64,000 nucleotides of DNA, from contig NC_058374.1 of the NCBI RefSeq assembly GCF_018350175.1, forward strand, positions 84,010,001-84,074,000, written 5' to 3'. The notes under the pieces are model-generated. The model searched no databases, was not told the DNA's origin, and was given only the letters and a program-made list of their open reading frames with translations. Source of the stretch: Felis catus (lineage: Eukaryota). The position numbers and the translations under genes were made by a program. This document shows positions 13,705 to 63,706 of the stretch, one piece after another; positions within the stretch are counted from its first letter, which is position 1; every line of letters begins with the position of its first letter.

Positions 13705-14149
13705 CCTGCGCTTGTAGTATTCACTTCAGTGTAGTGTTGTGGGGCAGGAGAGTACCAGGAAAGACACTTTAATCCCTTTAGTACTCTTGTCTCTCTTCCT
13801 CACTCACCTCCTCACACGTTACAATTACACACTTCTGTTTCTCATACCATCCAAATGCATCTCTTACTAATATGTTTTCCACTGCCCCACACCATGCATA
13901 CTCCCGTCTTTTGTGTAAAAGTGTTTACTGCTTGAGTCCATCTCTTGTTCACCTTCCTCACACCTCAGACACTTGCATAGCTCTTTCTTTGCACACTCCT
14001 ATCTTGCACAAGCTTCTCCCTCCCGGGTGCACCTGCGTCTTTGACCACTCACCTTGCTTCCTCACTCGCTCACCAGCACCCGACCCCCATTAACACACCT
14101 ATTCTCCTACCCGTGTGCACACTCCCCTTCCTTGGCCACTCCCCTCCCT

Positions 14150-15330
14150 CCACCCTCCCCCGGGCTCGCACACTCGCCCCCGCCTCTGGGGACACCTGCT
14201 CGTGCGGGGCAGGGCGGGGATGCGCAGCCGCGGCCACTTCTCTCCCGCTCCCCGCCCCGCCCCTCCCTCCATCCCTCACCGGCTCCCCGGCTCCCGCCCC
14301 GCCCGCCCCGCCCGCCCGCCGCTCCGGGGGGGTCTCCGCCGCCGCCGCCGCCGGAAGGAGCCGCCATTTGCCACCGCCGAGCGCACGGGCCGAGCCGAGC
14401 CGGAGCCGGGAACCCGAGCGGGGCTGGAGCCAGCTGGACGGCGATGGGGGGCGGCCCCGCCGCAGGAGGCCCGGGGCGCGTAACCCCGGGAGCCCGGCCC
14501 GCTCCAGACCCGGACCCGCGGGGCGCGGCACCTTGAGCCCCCCTCCCCGCCCCCTGCCCCGGCCATGGCTGCCCGCCCCGCCGCCCCCGGGCCGCCAGCC
14601 CTCTCGGCCCCGAAAGCCCCGGAACCCCGGCTGTGGCAGCAGTGAACTGCGCTCTCAGGCCCCGAAGACCCCGGCCCGGCTCGGCTCTCCTGCGCGCGCC
14701 CCCTTCCCGGCCTTGTCCTCTCCCTTCCCCCCGCCGCCCGAGAGCCCCCCTTGCACGCCGCCTCCCGCCCCCCCGGCGCCCGGACGATGCTCAAGTCTCG
14801 GCTCCGCATGTTCCTGAACGAGCTGAAGCTGCTGGTGCTGACGGGCGGGGGGCGGCCCCGGGCCGAGCCGCAGCCCCGGGGGGGCGGGGGAGGCGGCTGC
14901 GGCTGGGCGCCCTTCGCCGGCTGCTCGACCCGGGACGGCGACGGCGACGAAGAGGAGTACTACGGGTCGGAGCCGCGGGCCCGGGGCCTGGCCGGCGACA
15001 AGGAGCCACGGGCCGGACCCCCGCCGCCGCCCGCGCCGCCGCCGCCGCCCCCGGGCGCGCTGGACGCCCTGTCGCTCAGCAGCAGCCTGGACAGCGGGCT
15101 CCGAACCCCCCAGTGCCGAATCTGCTTCCAGGGCCCGGAGCAGGTCAGGCCTGGGCACCCGGCCGGGCGGGAGGGGTGGGGGCGCGTACCTGGGGCGCCC
15201 GGGCGGACCACGGACAGGGGGCGGGGCCTGAGGAGGCTGGGCGGGACCCAGGACCCAGAGTGGGTACTGGGTGAGGTTGGGGGGCTGACTGGAGAGGCCC
15301 CGGGCGCACGTTTGGGGTGGAGGGGGGTCA
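14150..15330. promoter_or_regulatory. CpG island at MARCHF9 promoter and exon 1
   Basis: Very GC- and CpG-rich with many GC boxes. Confidence 0.85.
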
Positions 15331-18071
15331 GAGGCTCCCGGGAAAGGGTGGGGCTTTCTCATGCGAGGACTCAAAATCCCTCACACCCACTAACAGGGAC
15401 AGCCTTTCTGTCCCACTTCTCTCACCCCAGGGTCTCTGTAGGCCGAGGGGCCTATTCTCGGAGGTTGGCGGAGTGCTTCTATTCCCCCCTTGAAGGGAGG
15501 GGCCCAGCCGGTGCCCTTGCCTCATTGAATATTTCTCTCCGTGGGGCACTTTTCTTCTTCCCATTCCATAACTTTCCATCTCATTCCAGAGAGTACTCTT
15601 TGTTCAAATGCTATGGACAAAGTTGTCCTGGGATGGTGCGGGGGCGGGGGGGGGGGGTACCTTTGTTATGAGAAATGATTTCTTGATTAAGGGGGAACGT
15701 ATTCCCACTCCCAGGAACTCTCCCCCTTTTGATACTTGGAAACTGAAGACGATAACTCATCCCAGTCTGTACCACATCTGTGAAACACTTTACAGCAAAG
15801 GGATGGAGGAGGAAGGCATGGATCAGAAGCTCTGACCCTCCTGCCTCTCTGGAAACTAAGGGGTAGCTTTCCATCTGGGAAGCCTTAATAAAGAGCACCC
15901 TCCCCAAATTTTAGGAAAGGAGAAAACTCAGTCCTCTCCTAGCCCCATTTCGGTTTGTTCTTCATCTATTTGGGCAGGGAAGTTTACCCTGAGCTCTAAC
16001 TTTTTTCTTTTTTTCTCGGAGGCCTCAGCCTTCTTGCCCTGTTTTGGGTGAGAGGCCTGAATTTTTTTAAGGTTGGAGAATGACTGACCTGAAGAGGTTT
16101 CCCTCTCTTGGATTGGAGAGGAGTGGGGTCGGGTGGAGACAGCTGACCGGACCCTCCTCACTCTTCCTCCAGGGGGAGCTCCTGAGCCCCTGCCGCTGCG
16201 ACGGCTCAGTGCGCTGCACACACCAGCCCTGCCTCATTCGCTGGATCAGTGAGAGGGGCTCCTGGAGCTGTGAGCTCTGCTACTTCAAGTACCAGGTCCT
16301 GGCAATCAGCACCAAGAACCCACTGCAGGTGAGATGCTAGGAAGGAACTTCCAGAGGGGGCAAGGGCTTTCAGCAGCAGAATTAGGGACTCTCCAGGGAG
16401 CCTATTTTAACCACTTACTTTTTCCTCAAAGCACCCCTACCCACCATTACCATAATCTCCCGTCTGTCTGTAAGTCCTCCCTTCATTTATTCACATTTAT
16501 TGGGAACCATGTGTATTCCAGGCACTGTCCTAGGCACTGGGACAACGAAAAGGCAAAAGACGATAATGCCGAAGGTGGTGATGATAGCAGACGTGTAGTG
16601 TGTTCTATGTGTCACACTGTTGGTGTGTAGCAACTCATTTAATCTTCATAATAATCCTATTAGTTATCTGCCATTATTATCCCCATCTTATTTTATTTTT
16701 TTTATTATTTAAAAAAGTTCGTTTTAGCGTTTGTTCATTTTTGAGAGAGAGAGAGACAGAGCACCAGCAGGGAGGGGGAGAGAGAGAGAGAGGGAGACAC
16801 AGAATCCGAAGCAGGCTCCAGGCTCTGAGCTGTCAGTACAGAGCATGACGTGGGGCTCGAACTCACCAGCCGTGAGATCATGACCTGAGCTGAAGTTGGA
16901 TGCTTAACCGACTGAGCCACCCAGGCGCCCCTTACTTTCCCCATTTTAGAGATGAGAACACTGATGCACAGAGATATTTAAAAACTTGCCCAAAGTTACT
17001 CAGCCAGTAAGTGATAGAGTTAGGATTTGGAATTCAAACCTAAATGGTCTGGGTTCAGAGCACTTGCCTGATCCTGTCTTTCTAACATAAGGCAGACAAG
17101 TGGTCTCAGACGGTGTGAAAAGTATCCCATACGAGGTTTGATCAGGACACACAGGAGACAGATTGTTAATCCTGCCTGAAGGGTTTCAGGAAGGCTCTGG
17201 AGCATCTTCCTCTTCAGGGCCACTCACCACCTGGCCCTCTTTTTCTTTCTGTGACTTTTTGGAGCCCTTTTTCCCACACAGTGGCAGGCCATCTCCCTGA
17301 CGGTCATCGAGAAGGTCCAGATTGCAGCCATAGTTCTGGGCTCTCNNNNNNNNNNNNNNNNNNNNNNNNNNNNNNNNNNNNNNNNNNNNNNNNNNNNNNN
17401 NNNNNNNNNNNNNNNNNNNNNNNNNNNNNNNNNNNNNNNNNNNNNNNNNNNNNNNNNNNNNNNNNNNNNNNNNNNNNNNNNNNNNNNNNNNNNCCTTACC
17501 TACTCAGTGGTTTCCTCCAACTCACACACTTAACTTTCCCTGCCCATTCCCTTAGCTCCATAGCCACAATTTTCTACCACTGGGAGCCTTTAGGGCTATC
17601 TTGGTGCCCCTCCCTTCCCTGCCTCTTCAGGTCTTTTGCATACCCTATCTCCTCACTCTGGCCTATATTTGCTTAAGTACCCCTGGCCTAGGTCTGGGCA
17701 GCCGGTGACCCTGGATCTCTTCTCCCTTTCGCTCAGGCCTCATCGTGCACGAAGGCTCCTCTGTCTACCGCATCTTCAAGCGCTGGCAGGCAGTGAACCA
17801 GCAGTGGAAGGTCCTGAATTATGACAAGACCAAGGACATAGGAGGAGACACAGGGGGAGGGACGGCAGGGAAGCCGGGCCCCAGGACCTCAAGGACGGGC
17901 CCCCCCTCTGGGGCCACCAGCCGCCCCCCGGCTGCCCAGCGCATGCGGACGCTCTTGCCTCAGCGCTGTGGTTACACAATCCTGCACCTCCTTGGACAGC
18001 TGCGGCCGCCAGATGCCCGTTCCAGTTCCCATTCTGGCCGAGAGGTTGTCATGAGGGTCACCACGGTCTGA
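14787..18071 (+). CDS. MARCHF9: E3 ubiquitin ligase MARCHF9 (RING-CH), 4 exons, about 346 aa; exon 3 partly in an N gap
   Basis: Exons 14787-15143, 16173-16328, 17282-(about 17474, in gap), 17737-18071; [14 protein letters not shown]; [29 protein letters not shown]; C-terminal VTTV*. Confidence 0.96.
16690..16930 (-). mobile_element. CanSINE (felid type) inserted in a MIR (about 16560-17060)
   Basis: gagacacagaatccgaagcaggctccagg..gagccacccaggcgcccc. Confidence 0.9.
17346..17493. other. Assembly gap (N) covering the 3' part of MARCHF9 exon 3
   Basis: 148 N. Confidence 1.
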
Positions 18072-19539
18072 AATTGAACTCCAGGAGCGGGGATCTTGCA
18101 TCAGTGCATCGGCCAGAGATAAGCTGTCATGGCTGCTGGAGGTACCACCTGGACAAGGTGCTTGGGGTGCACTGCCCCCACCACTGAGGATCTCTGTGGG
18201 CAGCCTCAAGCTGGAGACATTGTCTGGCCTCTACTGCCCATTGGGTAGAGACACCTGGATGACCTTCCAGCCCCCACTGATAGTTCCTCATGCTTATCCT
18301 GGGGCAACCAGTGGGCAGGTGGGAAGAGCATATTTTCTTCCCTAGAGAACCGTCCTTACCTCAGCTCCTAGGGCCTCCAGCCCCCCCAGCTCCACCATAG
18401 TGACTTGGTGAAGGGGGACCAATGCCAGAAGAAAGGGGTTGTAGACGCCCCATTCCCCACCCCATGGCCACAGGGCAGCTGGCAATAAGACTAGTATACA
18501 TTGACCCCCCGTTCCCTGCATGAGGGCGGGGGGGACCTCCCCCTGCTCCACCCCCCATTGCATGGGGGGAGGGCATAAAGAATCATTTATATGCACGTGG
18601 AGACTCCTTTCTCATCTGGGGCTTTTCTGGAGGGTTGGGAGGTGTGGGGAGGTTTCTCTGCAGAGGTTGTGAATCCCCAGTGCAGCAGTGGGTTCTGAGT
18701 TGGAGCTGTAACTCCCACTTGTTGGTGAATAATTCACATTGGCTGCTAGGTGGCAGTGCTCAGAGGGACCTAAGGGGTGGGCCTGCCACCTGCAAGTTGT
18801 ATGATCCAGAAAAAAAATCTCTCCGCCGTGGTTTTCCTGTCTACCTCATAGGGTTGGAATGAGGATAAATGAGGGACAGGTTGAATGCCATCACAAAGAA
18901 AATTAGTGATGGCATAAAAAGATTTCTAGACTAGCTGATGGTCCATTTATTTCAAATAGTAGCTGGTTAACAAATTCCAAAATGTGTTTTTTCATCTGGG
19001 GTTGCACAGAGCCTTGGAAATATGTGTTGAGTGTCATAATAGATACGGAAATATGAGGGGAAATAGATACGCAAGTGTGAAGGATGGTGGTTATTTGCAA
19101 GAATGAGAGCTCCCCAACCCCCTAAACATTGGGGACTGGGGAAGGATGGAGCTGTCCTTCTTCTTCTGGGGATCTTGTGGGTTCTATTGGTCCTTCCCAG
19201 GTAATGTGCTCACCCAGAGAAGTGGCATGAAATGAATTTGGACTCATTTGGAGTGAGACAGACAGAATGTCCCAATGTTATGAATCTCCAACCCCAGCTT
19301 AAGCTATTCCTATGGAAGTTCAGGGTCACAGGTCTGATCCCGTGCCCCAGCTAGTGGTATTAACTGGAAGGTATTGCGCTTGGAGGCAGCAGCATAGAGA
19401 GCTGTTGTTTATAGAGAAAAGGTTTGGGAAGGACTGGTTAAAATGTGGGTCAGCCTGAGGCCTCCTCCCTTTCTCCTGAGGCCTTGGGGCTGTGTATTAT
19501 ATGAATGATGGTGTCTTTTAAGTGAACTATTCATCAGCA

Positions 19540-19545
19540 ATTAAA
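19540..19545 (+). terminator. Candidate MARCHF9 poly(A) signal
   Basis: ATTAAA about 1.47 kb after the stop, followed by U-rich sequence. Confidence 0.5.
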
Positions 19546-21507
19546 ATAATTACTTCATACATTGTTAAGTCAGATCCAGACGCCTTTCCTATTATTGGTC
19601 CTTTCCTCAGGAAGATTCTGTTTTGCCTCCTCCCTGGGGATGTTTTTTGGGGAAATGCTTCTCTACTAAAGGTCTACTAAAGGTCACATCCTTGCCTTGG
19701 AAATGGTCTTCTCCATCCTTCTGTAAAAGGGGGGGGGGGGGGGGGTTGGCTGCTGTCCATGGTGCTGGCACCCAGACTCTCCTGGGAATGGAGGAACTGA
19801 AGCTAAAGGCAGGTTTGAGTCATCTGGAAGTACTGGAGTATATCTCTTCTAACAAAAGAGAGGGAGAGAGATCAAAGAGAGGGGACAGAGGCCGATTTTT
19901 CCAGTGGGAAATTGTTTGCCTAGAGAGATAACCCTCCACATTCTTCACCTGGGAAGACAGAAGGGTCAGACTTTGCTGATTTGCTATTCACAAAATAGCT
20001 GGTGGGGACCAGAAGGAAGACAGCAAATCAGAGTGACTACTAGTACCTATCCTGGCAAATATGACAGGTAGGTATGACATAGGTGGGGTTTCTTGTGCCA
20101 AACCTGGGCTGTTCATGATGATGGCCCTCCTTGGAAGCTTAGACACACCAAAGAACATATACACACAAATACACTCTCTCCAGTTTTACTCTGGGTCCTA
20201 AAATTAGGTCAGTTGAGACAGTATGTTTCCCTCCCTTTCAGTACCATTGGAGGTCTTGCTTGGTATGGGGGTTGGGACCAACAACCAGTATGGTCCTCTC
20301 TCCTTCCTTTTTTCCAACTTAAAGAGACTCTAGTCTAGGAAAGGGGTCATGGGACTGCTGCCCTCAAGTGAGCAGTCCTACTTGCCCAATGAGGAATGTG
20401 GGTGTACAGAGTTCTCATCACTGATTCCAGGCAGGGGACAGGGTGTGAGAGGAAGCTGGGCTTTATTCTCCCTCAAAGCTCAGATCTGCTAAAAATCAGG
20501 TCACTTAGGTTCAAGTTAAGCTTAGTGATAGAGGAGTGGGGGTGGAGATGGAGAATACAATAGAGAGTTGAGAGGAGGGGCAGTAAAGGCACACAAACCT
20601 TAGTCTCTGCACAGTGCCTTGGGTATATTGTGCCCCTCTGTAGATCTTACAAAAATGGATACCCCCAGAAGGCCCAGTAGCAGACAATGTCTGTGGTCAG
20701 GTAGCCATGTCTAGGGCAGGGGGCCGATGTGGTAGGGGAGGAGGAGGAAGTGTGAAGTGAAATCTCCATCTCTATCCAGCTAATCGGAATGGAGAGGAGC
20801 AGGAAGAAGGGGGGCAAGTCTTGACATGGGGAGGGGAATCTAGGCTACAGAGGGGCTGCTGGGAGTGTGCTGAGAGATTTATTTGTATGGAAGATGAGTT
20901 AATCTGTATACATCACAAGGGGAGAACTGTGCCCAGCCTCTGGGGGGGGGCCAGAGAATGCTGATTCAGGGAAACAGAGGCTCCTTCTGCCCACCCCCCT
21001 TCTGCCTCAGTGCCCCAGGGCTTCTGGCCACCCCCACACTCAGGTTTCATCCTGTCTGAATTCACTTCTGTGCATGTATCCCTGTCTTTCTCTGAAGGAA
21101 ATTAGCTTGGAGCAACTTTTCCAGAGAGGGCAGACATCCTCCAGTCCTGGCAGTCCAGGTTCCAAAAGTACTTCCACCAGAGTCAGTTGCCTCTGGCCAT
21201 CTCTGCAAATCCTGTGCTCCCCAACCCACTTTTATAGCCTAGCCCTTGCAGGTACTTTTCACCACCACCCCCTTAAATCTCTTCTAGGGAGCCAGACTTA
21301 GCTATTCCCTGTACAGACAGAAACGTGTTGGGTTTGTGATGCAAACCACTCTCCCAGGTATCTAGACCTCCCATTGTTATGGAGGTCACTCCCAGGACCA
21401 GAGAAATCAAAGTAGGGGATTTGGTTGAGGGCCTTTCCTCTAGGACTTGTAGGAAGTAGAAGTGGAAGAGAAGTAAATCAAAAGTCAAGGATGAAACATT
21501 CGATTCT

Positions 21508-21513
21508 TTTATT
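21508..21513 (-). terminator. CYP27B1 poly(A) signal
   Basis: Minus-strand AATAAA about 770 nt after the stop. Confidence 0.65.
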
Positions 21514-22281
21514 TCAAAACTATGAATATTAAAAAATTCTACATATGATAGGAAGGTGTAGGCAGGTATAGGCCCAAAGACGTCTCTGTCTGGGAACTAA
21601 ATGGTGGGACAAGCCAACTCCTAATAGTGATTAGAGAGTCAAGGAGAGTTTTAAAACATCATAAACCAGGTGAGGGCACACTCTCCTTGGTAGGGGCAAG
21701 ATGAGGAAGGAAGAGAGTAGACAGAGCCTGATAAGCTGCTTATCCCTTCTGCCACATGGTCCAGATTCAATCTGAGAACCTGTATGGAGTCACCTAATCA
21801 GGGATAGGCCTTGGCAGGGGATATAAAGACTGAATAAGGTCTCATTCTTCCTCTCAAAGAGCTCACATGCAAGGAGCCAGGTGCAGACCAGATGCACAAT
21901 CACTTAGCTCACGTGGTGATAAGTGCTTAGCCAGCAGCTCCTAAACACTGTAGAAGCCCCAAAAGGGCAGTGGTTGAGTCCTTCCCCAGGCCACCCAACA
22001 TTATTAGTTAAAATTTGAGTTGGCCCTTGAAGGATACCTATGATATGACCAGAAGAAAGGATGAGCAGACACAAGGATCATGGTTTTCTCAGGGCCTGAT
22101 GGGTGAGGCCAATGCCTACTTCACACCTTGGTCAGGGCTGCCTCAAACAGTTTGCTATGGTCCCTTTAACCAGTCTGGTCAGATAGACAGGTTTCAGGGG
22201 GAATACATATCTCTTGGTCTTGTGCCTGATAGATCCCTGCAATGAGAGAAAGCGTGATGATGACAGCCTCCATCCACAGGA

Positions 22282-26152
<3,871 letters not shown>

Positions 26153-26214
26153 GGTCTGGTTCAGGGAGCCCGTGAAAGAGAGCACTTTTCCCAAGCACCT
26201 AGCTTTCTTGTTTG

Positions 26215-26255
26215 AACCCCTATTTAAGCTTTGGGAGGGATAGTGGTGACGCCCC
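26215..26255 (-). promoter_or_regulatory. CYP27B1 core promoter: TATA-like TTAAATA and CRE half-site
   Basis: Minus-strand TTAAATA at 26221-26227, about 70 nt upstream of the ATG; TGACG at 26247-26251. Confidence 0.55.
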
Positions 26256-27646
26256 CTCTTCAAGCTCCTCAGCCAATCTCCTCCCCTGAGTGGTCAAGCT
26301 GGGGATTGGGGATTAATACCCAGGAACAGTAGGCGGGGCTGGAGTTGCCTGGCAGCTCTCTTGGGTCTCATGTTGCAATGACCCTCTTGGGAGGTGAGGC
26401 CTGCCTTAGTTTCCCCTTCTGGGCTGGTGCCCCAACCCAGCAGCCTGAAGATCTCTTCCTGGGAAAGGCTATTTGGTGAGGTTTAGGATACCGAGGTACA
26501 GGGTCAGCCCCTAGTAGTCCCACTTCCCCAGGGAGCCAGGCCCCCTTGGGCCCATCCTCAGGAATTCCCCATCCTCCAGCTCCTTCCGGACTACTGTAGC
26601 TGTCTCCATAGTCTTGGCTTCTGGGGCTGCACCTTCTCTGGATATAAGCAGAACTTTCCCACACTACCACATCTCTCCCTCCCCCCTCCCATACCTGACT
26701 CTGGGCAGAGGGTGGGTGAGTTAATGGGTTAAAGTGGCTCCAGGAGCCTTCATCTTTGTTCCTCAGGAGGAAGGGGGTGGTGTTTTAGGTCAACAAACTC
26801 CGTCCTTCCAGCCATGGGAGTCTGGGGCTTGACGAGCAGAAACAAAGGAACTTTTGCAAGTTAGAAAACTTCAGAGATTTCTCTGGGCTCCTGGATGGAG
26901 CAAGGGCTAAGTGTTTGCTCTGAACCTCCAGCTGACTCAGTCCTCTTTGGGGGGGATTTCTAGTCAGCAGCTGATTTTCACTTTTAGCCTCAGAAGCCAG
27001 CATAGTTTAGTTCTCTGCTCCTCACTCCCCCACCCTGCCTCTACTGGGATCTGTGCCAGTCAGTTAGCTCTGAAGTTCTGGAACCGAAGGTCAACATGAA
27101 AAAGGAGAGGGTCTCTGTGCCCCCCATCCTGACTCTCCTGAGACAGCTACAATAAAGGCAGCAGATTCCTCGGGTCAAGTCTCAGGCAGGGAGAGGATGG
27201 GGGAATGGGAGAAGGCACGTGACACACGCTCTGGTCTTTCCTGAGAAATAGCAACACACGTATACATGTTATCCCCAGGACTGCAAAGTAACACAAGTGG
27301 ACAGGCGATCTGAGTCTAGCAAGCAGTTTAGATGGACAGTGGAGAATTCCATTCATCACTCCAGCTGAGAAGGAGAGATCCCAGAAGGAGAAGGAAGTGC
27401 TAAGGGAGAGCAAGACCCCACATCCTTCCAAACATCCCTTCTGGTTCAAGGTCTTTTGACCTTCCTAGTCAGTTTCTTTTGCTTTCTGCTGGTGGTAGAG
27501 GGGCAACAAGGTGAGGTCAGGGGTAGTTGTGAATCCCAGGTTTCTGCCCTGGGCAGTTTCCCAACTTCTTTGAAAGACTGTCGCCTCTTGGTCCTGGCAG
27601 TCTCAGCTCGGAAGGTCCAGGGGTCAAGCTAAGGCAAGGTAAGCAG

Positions 27647-38646
<11,000 letters not shown>

Positions 38647-40128
38647 CATCACCCTTCTGTTCCTCTGAACCCCTTGTCCTAAGAAAGAAACTGCCATATC
38701 TCCAAAGCCATAAACACAAGGAAGAAAAGTATGGGTTTCCCTCGCCTCTCTTTCCTCCTTTTTTGTCCCCCCCCCCCCCCCGATGCTCTTAGGCAAGCGC
38801 AGGAAGGTGCCTGCTTGCTAGGAGTCTCAGAGCCCTAACAGCACTGGGTTAGAGCACAAAGGAAGTCCCCAGCTCTTGTTCTCAGAGGAGGAAGATAGGA
38901 GGGTGTCCAGGATTTCTAGGGGCAGGGGAGGCAAATGGGAGGTGAGAGCAGTGGCTGCAGAGAGACTGTCACTGAACCTTTCTGGTCCTGCTCCAGGAGG
39001 ATGGATTCCAGATTCTAATGGAATTTCTTTTAAAGGGAAAGAAGATCATTTCTACATCCAAAGAACTCTGGCTTTTGCTGGGGTGGGGGTGGGGGCTAGG
39101 AAGGAAGAAGCCTCAGACCAGCCACTTCTTGCTTCTAGAGTCTGGTGGGACCATGGCCCTAACTGGGTCAAGTCCTCCCTGCCCTGAAGCCAGGGATAGG
39201 CAGCAAAGTTGTCCTTTGGACTCTAGCTTCTTTCATCTATTTTCGAGCTAGAGCCCTGACCACTAAGTACTAGGTTCTTCTCATCTTTGATTTTTCTTTA
39301 GGTTTTCAAGTGCTGTCGGTCCTTCCTTCCCAGCATGTTTTGTCTTCACCTGTATTCTCTCCCTGCTGCGGTGTCTCTGCTTGGGGCTCTCTTTACATAC
39401 TCCTTGGGCCACATAACACCTCCTCTGGCCTCCGGGCCTTCATTCTCTCCCCTTCAAGCCATTTATCAAACTCTTGTGATCTTCCAAAATCAGCTGTGAC
39501 TGGCTTCTGCTGCCTACAGCAAGAATAAGCGCCTTGGCTTGGTGCTCAGTCTATCCTGTGTGACCCAAACCACCCTTCCATTGCATTTTCAACTGGTTTC
39601 CTACGTGTACTGCAACCCCTGGGCAAATTACAGATGTCTACTCTGTTCCCTAAATCCACACCCAAACTCCCTGCTTTCTTCATTCTTTTTGATGATTCCC
39701 TGCTTGGAAGGGCTATTTCTACCTGTCAAAATCTTTATTACTCTTAGCCTCTTTCCTGAAAAAAGATTTTATTGAGCCTCTTGTTTGGATGTGATTTCTT
39801 TCTCTCTAGAGACCCTGTCACTGTTCCTCTTATGGGTATGTCTTGGGTGGTCATTGGTACCGGTTCCCTATTTTCTCGCCATTAGATTACCTTGGAGGGT
39901 AGGGCTGGGGTTTACTCCTCTCTAATTCCGTGAAGCGTAGCACACCTCGCGGCATATGGTAGATGTTCAACAACTATTTTGCTCATTCAACAAGCATTCA
40001 CAGGGTTTGTTGAAGGCACTCCACCCCTACCTCCTCCCTAGGCCACCTTGGCCAAATTTCTGAACCCACCCGCCTACCTTGCAGTTTGTCGTGTCTTAAA
40101 TATATAATGACTGTGAAAGATGAATGGA

Positions 40129-40134
40129 AATAAA
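40129..40134 (+). terminator. Candidate EEF1AKMT3 poly(A) signal
   Basis: AATAAA followed by GU/U-rich sequence, about 290 nt before the TSFM ATG. Confidence 0.55.
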
Positions 40135-40426
40135 GAAGCATAAAGTGTTGCCACATGTCTTGAATTGTTATTTTGCGACGACTTTGTCTCACGGTTTGCG
40201 TTATTTTCACCGAGGGCGGGGGGCGGGGGGGGGCGCGGTAATTTCCTTGTGAAATGCAGTTGCGGAAAGTGAAGCCGAGTTGACGAGCGTGCCCACCCCC
40301 GGTCAGCAGGTGGCGCTGCCCTCGCTTGTCGCGTTGAGGTGGAGAAGTTTGGCCCCGCCGCCACGCCGTAGGCCTGTGGCCTCACCGCTGCGCCGGCCGC
40401 CGGAAGTGTGCTCGGGAGCCAGAGAG

Positions 40427-52384
<11,958 letters not shown>

Positions 52385-52547
52385 GTTCCAGAGACTTGGC
52401 CCGGGAGGAAGTGCTTATTCTTAGCTCCGGACAGGACATCGGACAGGACATCGTTATGAAGAGAAGTTACTTCCTGAGCGTCTTCAAACCCAGAATTTGT
52501 TTTGCATTTGCATTTATAATGAAGCGATATACTCAAAGGGTAAAGTT

Positions 52548-52557
52548 ATTAAATAAA
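52548..52557 (+). terminator. TSFM poly(A) signal
   Basis: Overlapping ATTAAA/AATAAA about 165 nt after the stop. Confidence 0.65.
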
Positions 52558-53361
52558 ATTACATAATAATGAGAGTAGAATCTTTTCCTTGTTTGCATAA
52601 TGCTGACTTTAGCTTTTCTGTCCTTACTTGTGGGAAGTTGTAGAAAACAACAGGTGGGCTTTATTGAGGTGACCGACAGTGTCTGCGGGGACAGGCAGGT
52701 GTAGTCATGCTGCTGCTCCCCCCAGCGTTATCCCTAAAATGTCTGACTCCGTTTATCTTACTGCTTCTGTGACCTGGGACTCTTGTTCTGCTTTAGACTG
52801 TGCTTCTATCCTGGAACTTCCCCAGTTACATTACTTCTGCCACATGGATTCCTGGGGAATTGTTGACTCAAACTTGTAGTTGTCTGGAAAATGTGGTTCA
52901 TTTTGTTGATGTCTGTAGCGTGCTTTGAAGGCTCTCTGCAGTGGTATACATGCTGGGCTGGCCTCATTACTAAAATCAGTACCACATGGCTCTATTTGTC
53001 TTTTGGATAATGGGAGTGTAGATGGGTGGGGACGGAGGTTTCCTGGACAGCTGGAAGGCAGATTTTGGCATTCTTGTGCCAGAAACAGGACGTACAGTGG
53101 TCCAGTTATCCTGAGAACTCACTCAGCAGTGCCTCTTTATACCCGAGAGCTGAGACATTTCTCCCAACATAACAAAATAATCACCGTAAGAGGCAAACCC
53201 CAAATACTGAAAAGAACTATTTTCTCATACAGATATCTTTACTTGAAAAGTTAAAAATCTCTGGCACATACAGATCTGGGCATTTGGATTTTGACTTGGG
53301 GTATATATGCAAATAACTTCGGTGATTGGTGGGTTAAACTGATTTCGGAAATACGGATCTT

Positions 53362-53565
53362 AAAATTTATTTATTTTAAAGTTTACTTATTAGAGCACCC
53401 ACAAGCGAGGGAGGGAGGGGCAGACAGGGAGAGAGAGAATTCTAAGCAGGCTCCACGCTGTCAGCACAGAGCCCGACTTTGGGCTCCAGCTCACAAACTA
53501 TGAGATCATGACCTGAGCTGAAATCAAGAATCTGACGCTTAACCGTCTGAGCCACCCAGGTGCCC
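53362..53565 (-). mobile_element. CanSINE between the TSFM and AVIL 3' ends
   Basis: SINE consensus; TSD GATCTTAA. Confidence 0.85.
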
Positions 53566-53912
53566 TTTGATCTTAACATTTAAAACCAATGTGCATCCTT
53601 GTCCCATTATTAAACGCTTTAAACTTCGTTTTTTTTTTTTTTTTCTCTTACTTTGACTTCAGTGGATTCATGATGCAGGTTTAGTGCTTTCTGCTGGGAT
53701 GCCGGAAGGCCACAAAAATTGAAAACTGAGTATTTAACATTTTAGGTATATAACAAGGAATGGAGGGATGAGAAAAATGGAGAACATGCTGTGATTTGCA
53801 TCTGAGTTAAGGAGCTGGCTATTAGGCAAAAATTGGCAGGTAAATTCTTTTCCTGATATTGGCACGCTCTGCTCTCTTCTGTGGTCTTGCAGTAGGCATA
53901 TAGCTTCTTGCC

Positions 53913-63706
<9,794 letters not shown>

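Noticed and set aside
14041-15374. Many long overlapping Pro/Gly/Arg-rich ORFs (up to 258 aa) on both strands
   Set aside because: Expected from stop-codon scarcity in a CpG island; only the MARCHF9 frame has recognisable protein features
15144-15671. MARCHF9 exon 1 frame stays open for 176 codons into intron 1
   Set aside because: Canonical donor at 15144 splits the RING domain; GC-rich intron with no domain-like content
17346-17493. Apparent truncation of MARCHF9
   Set aside because: Assembly gap; its size fits the rest of exon 3 and the flanking phases agree
52430-52452. Short tandem duplication (GGACAGGACATC) in the TSFM 3' UTR, and a similar one near 28650
   Set aside because: Ordinary slippage duplications with no sign of function
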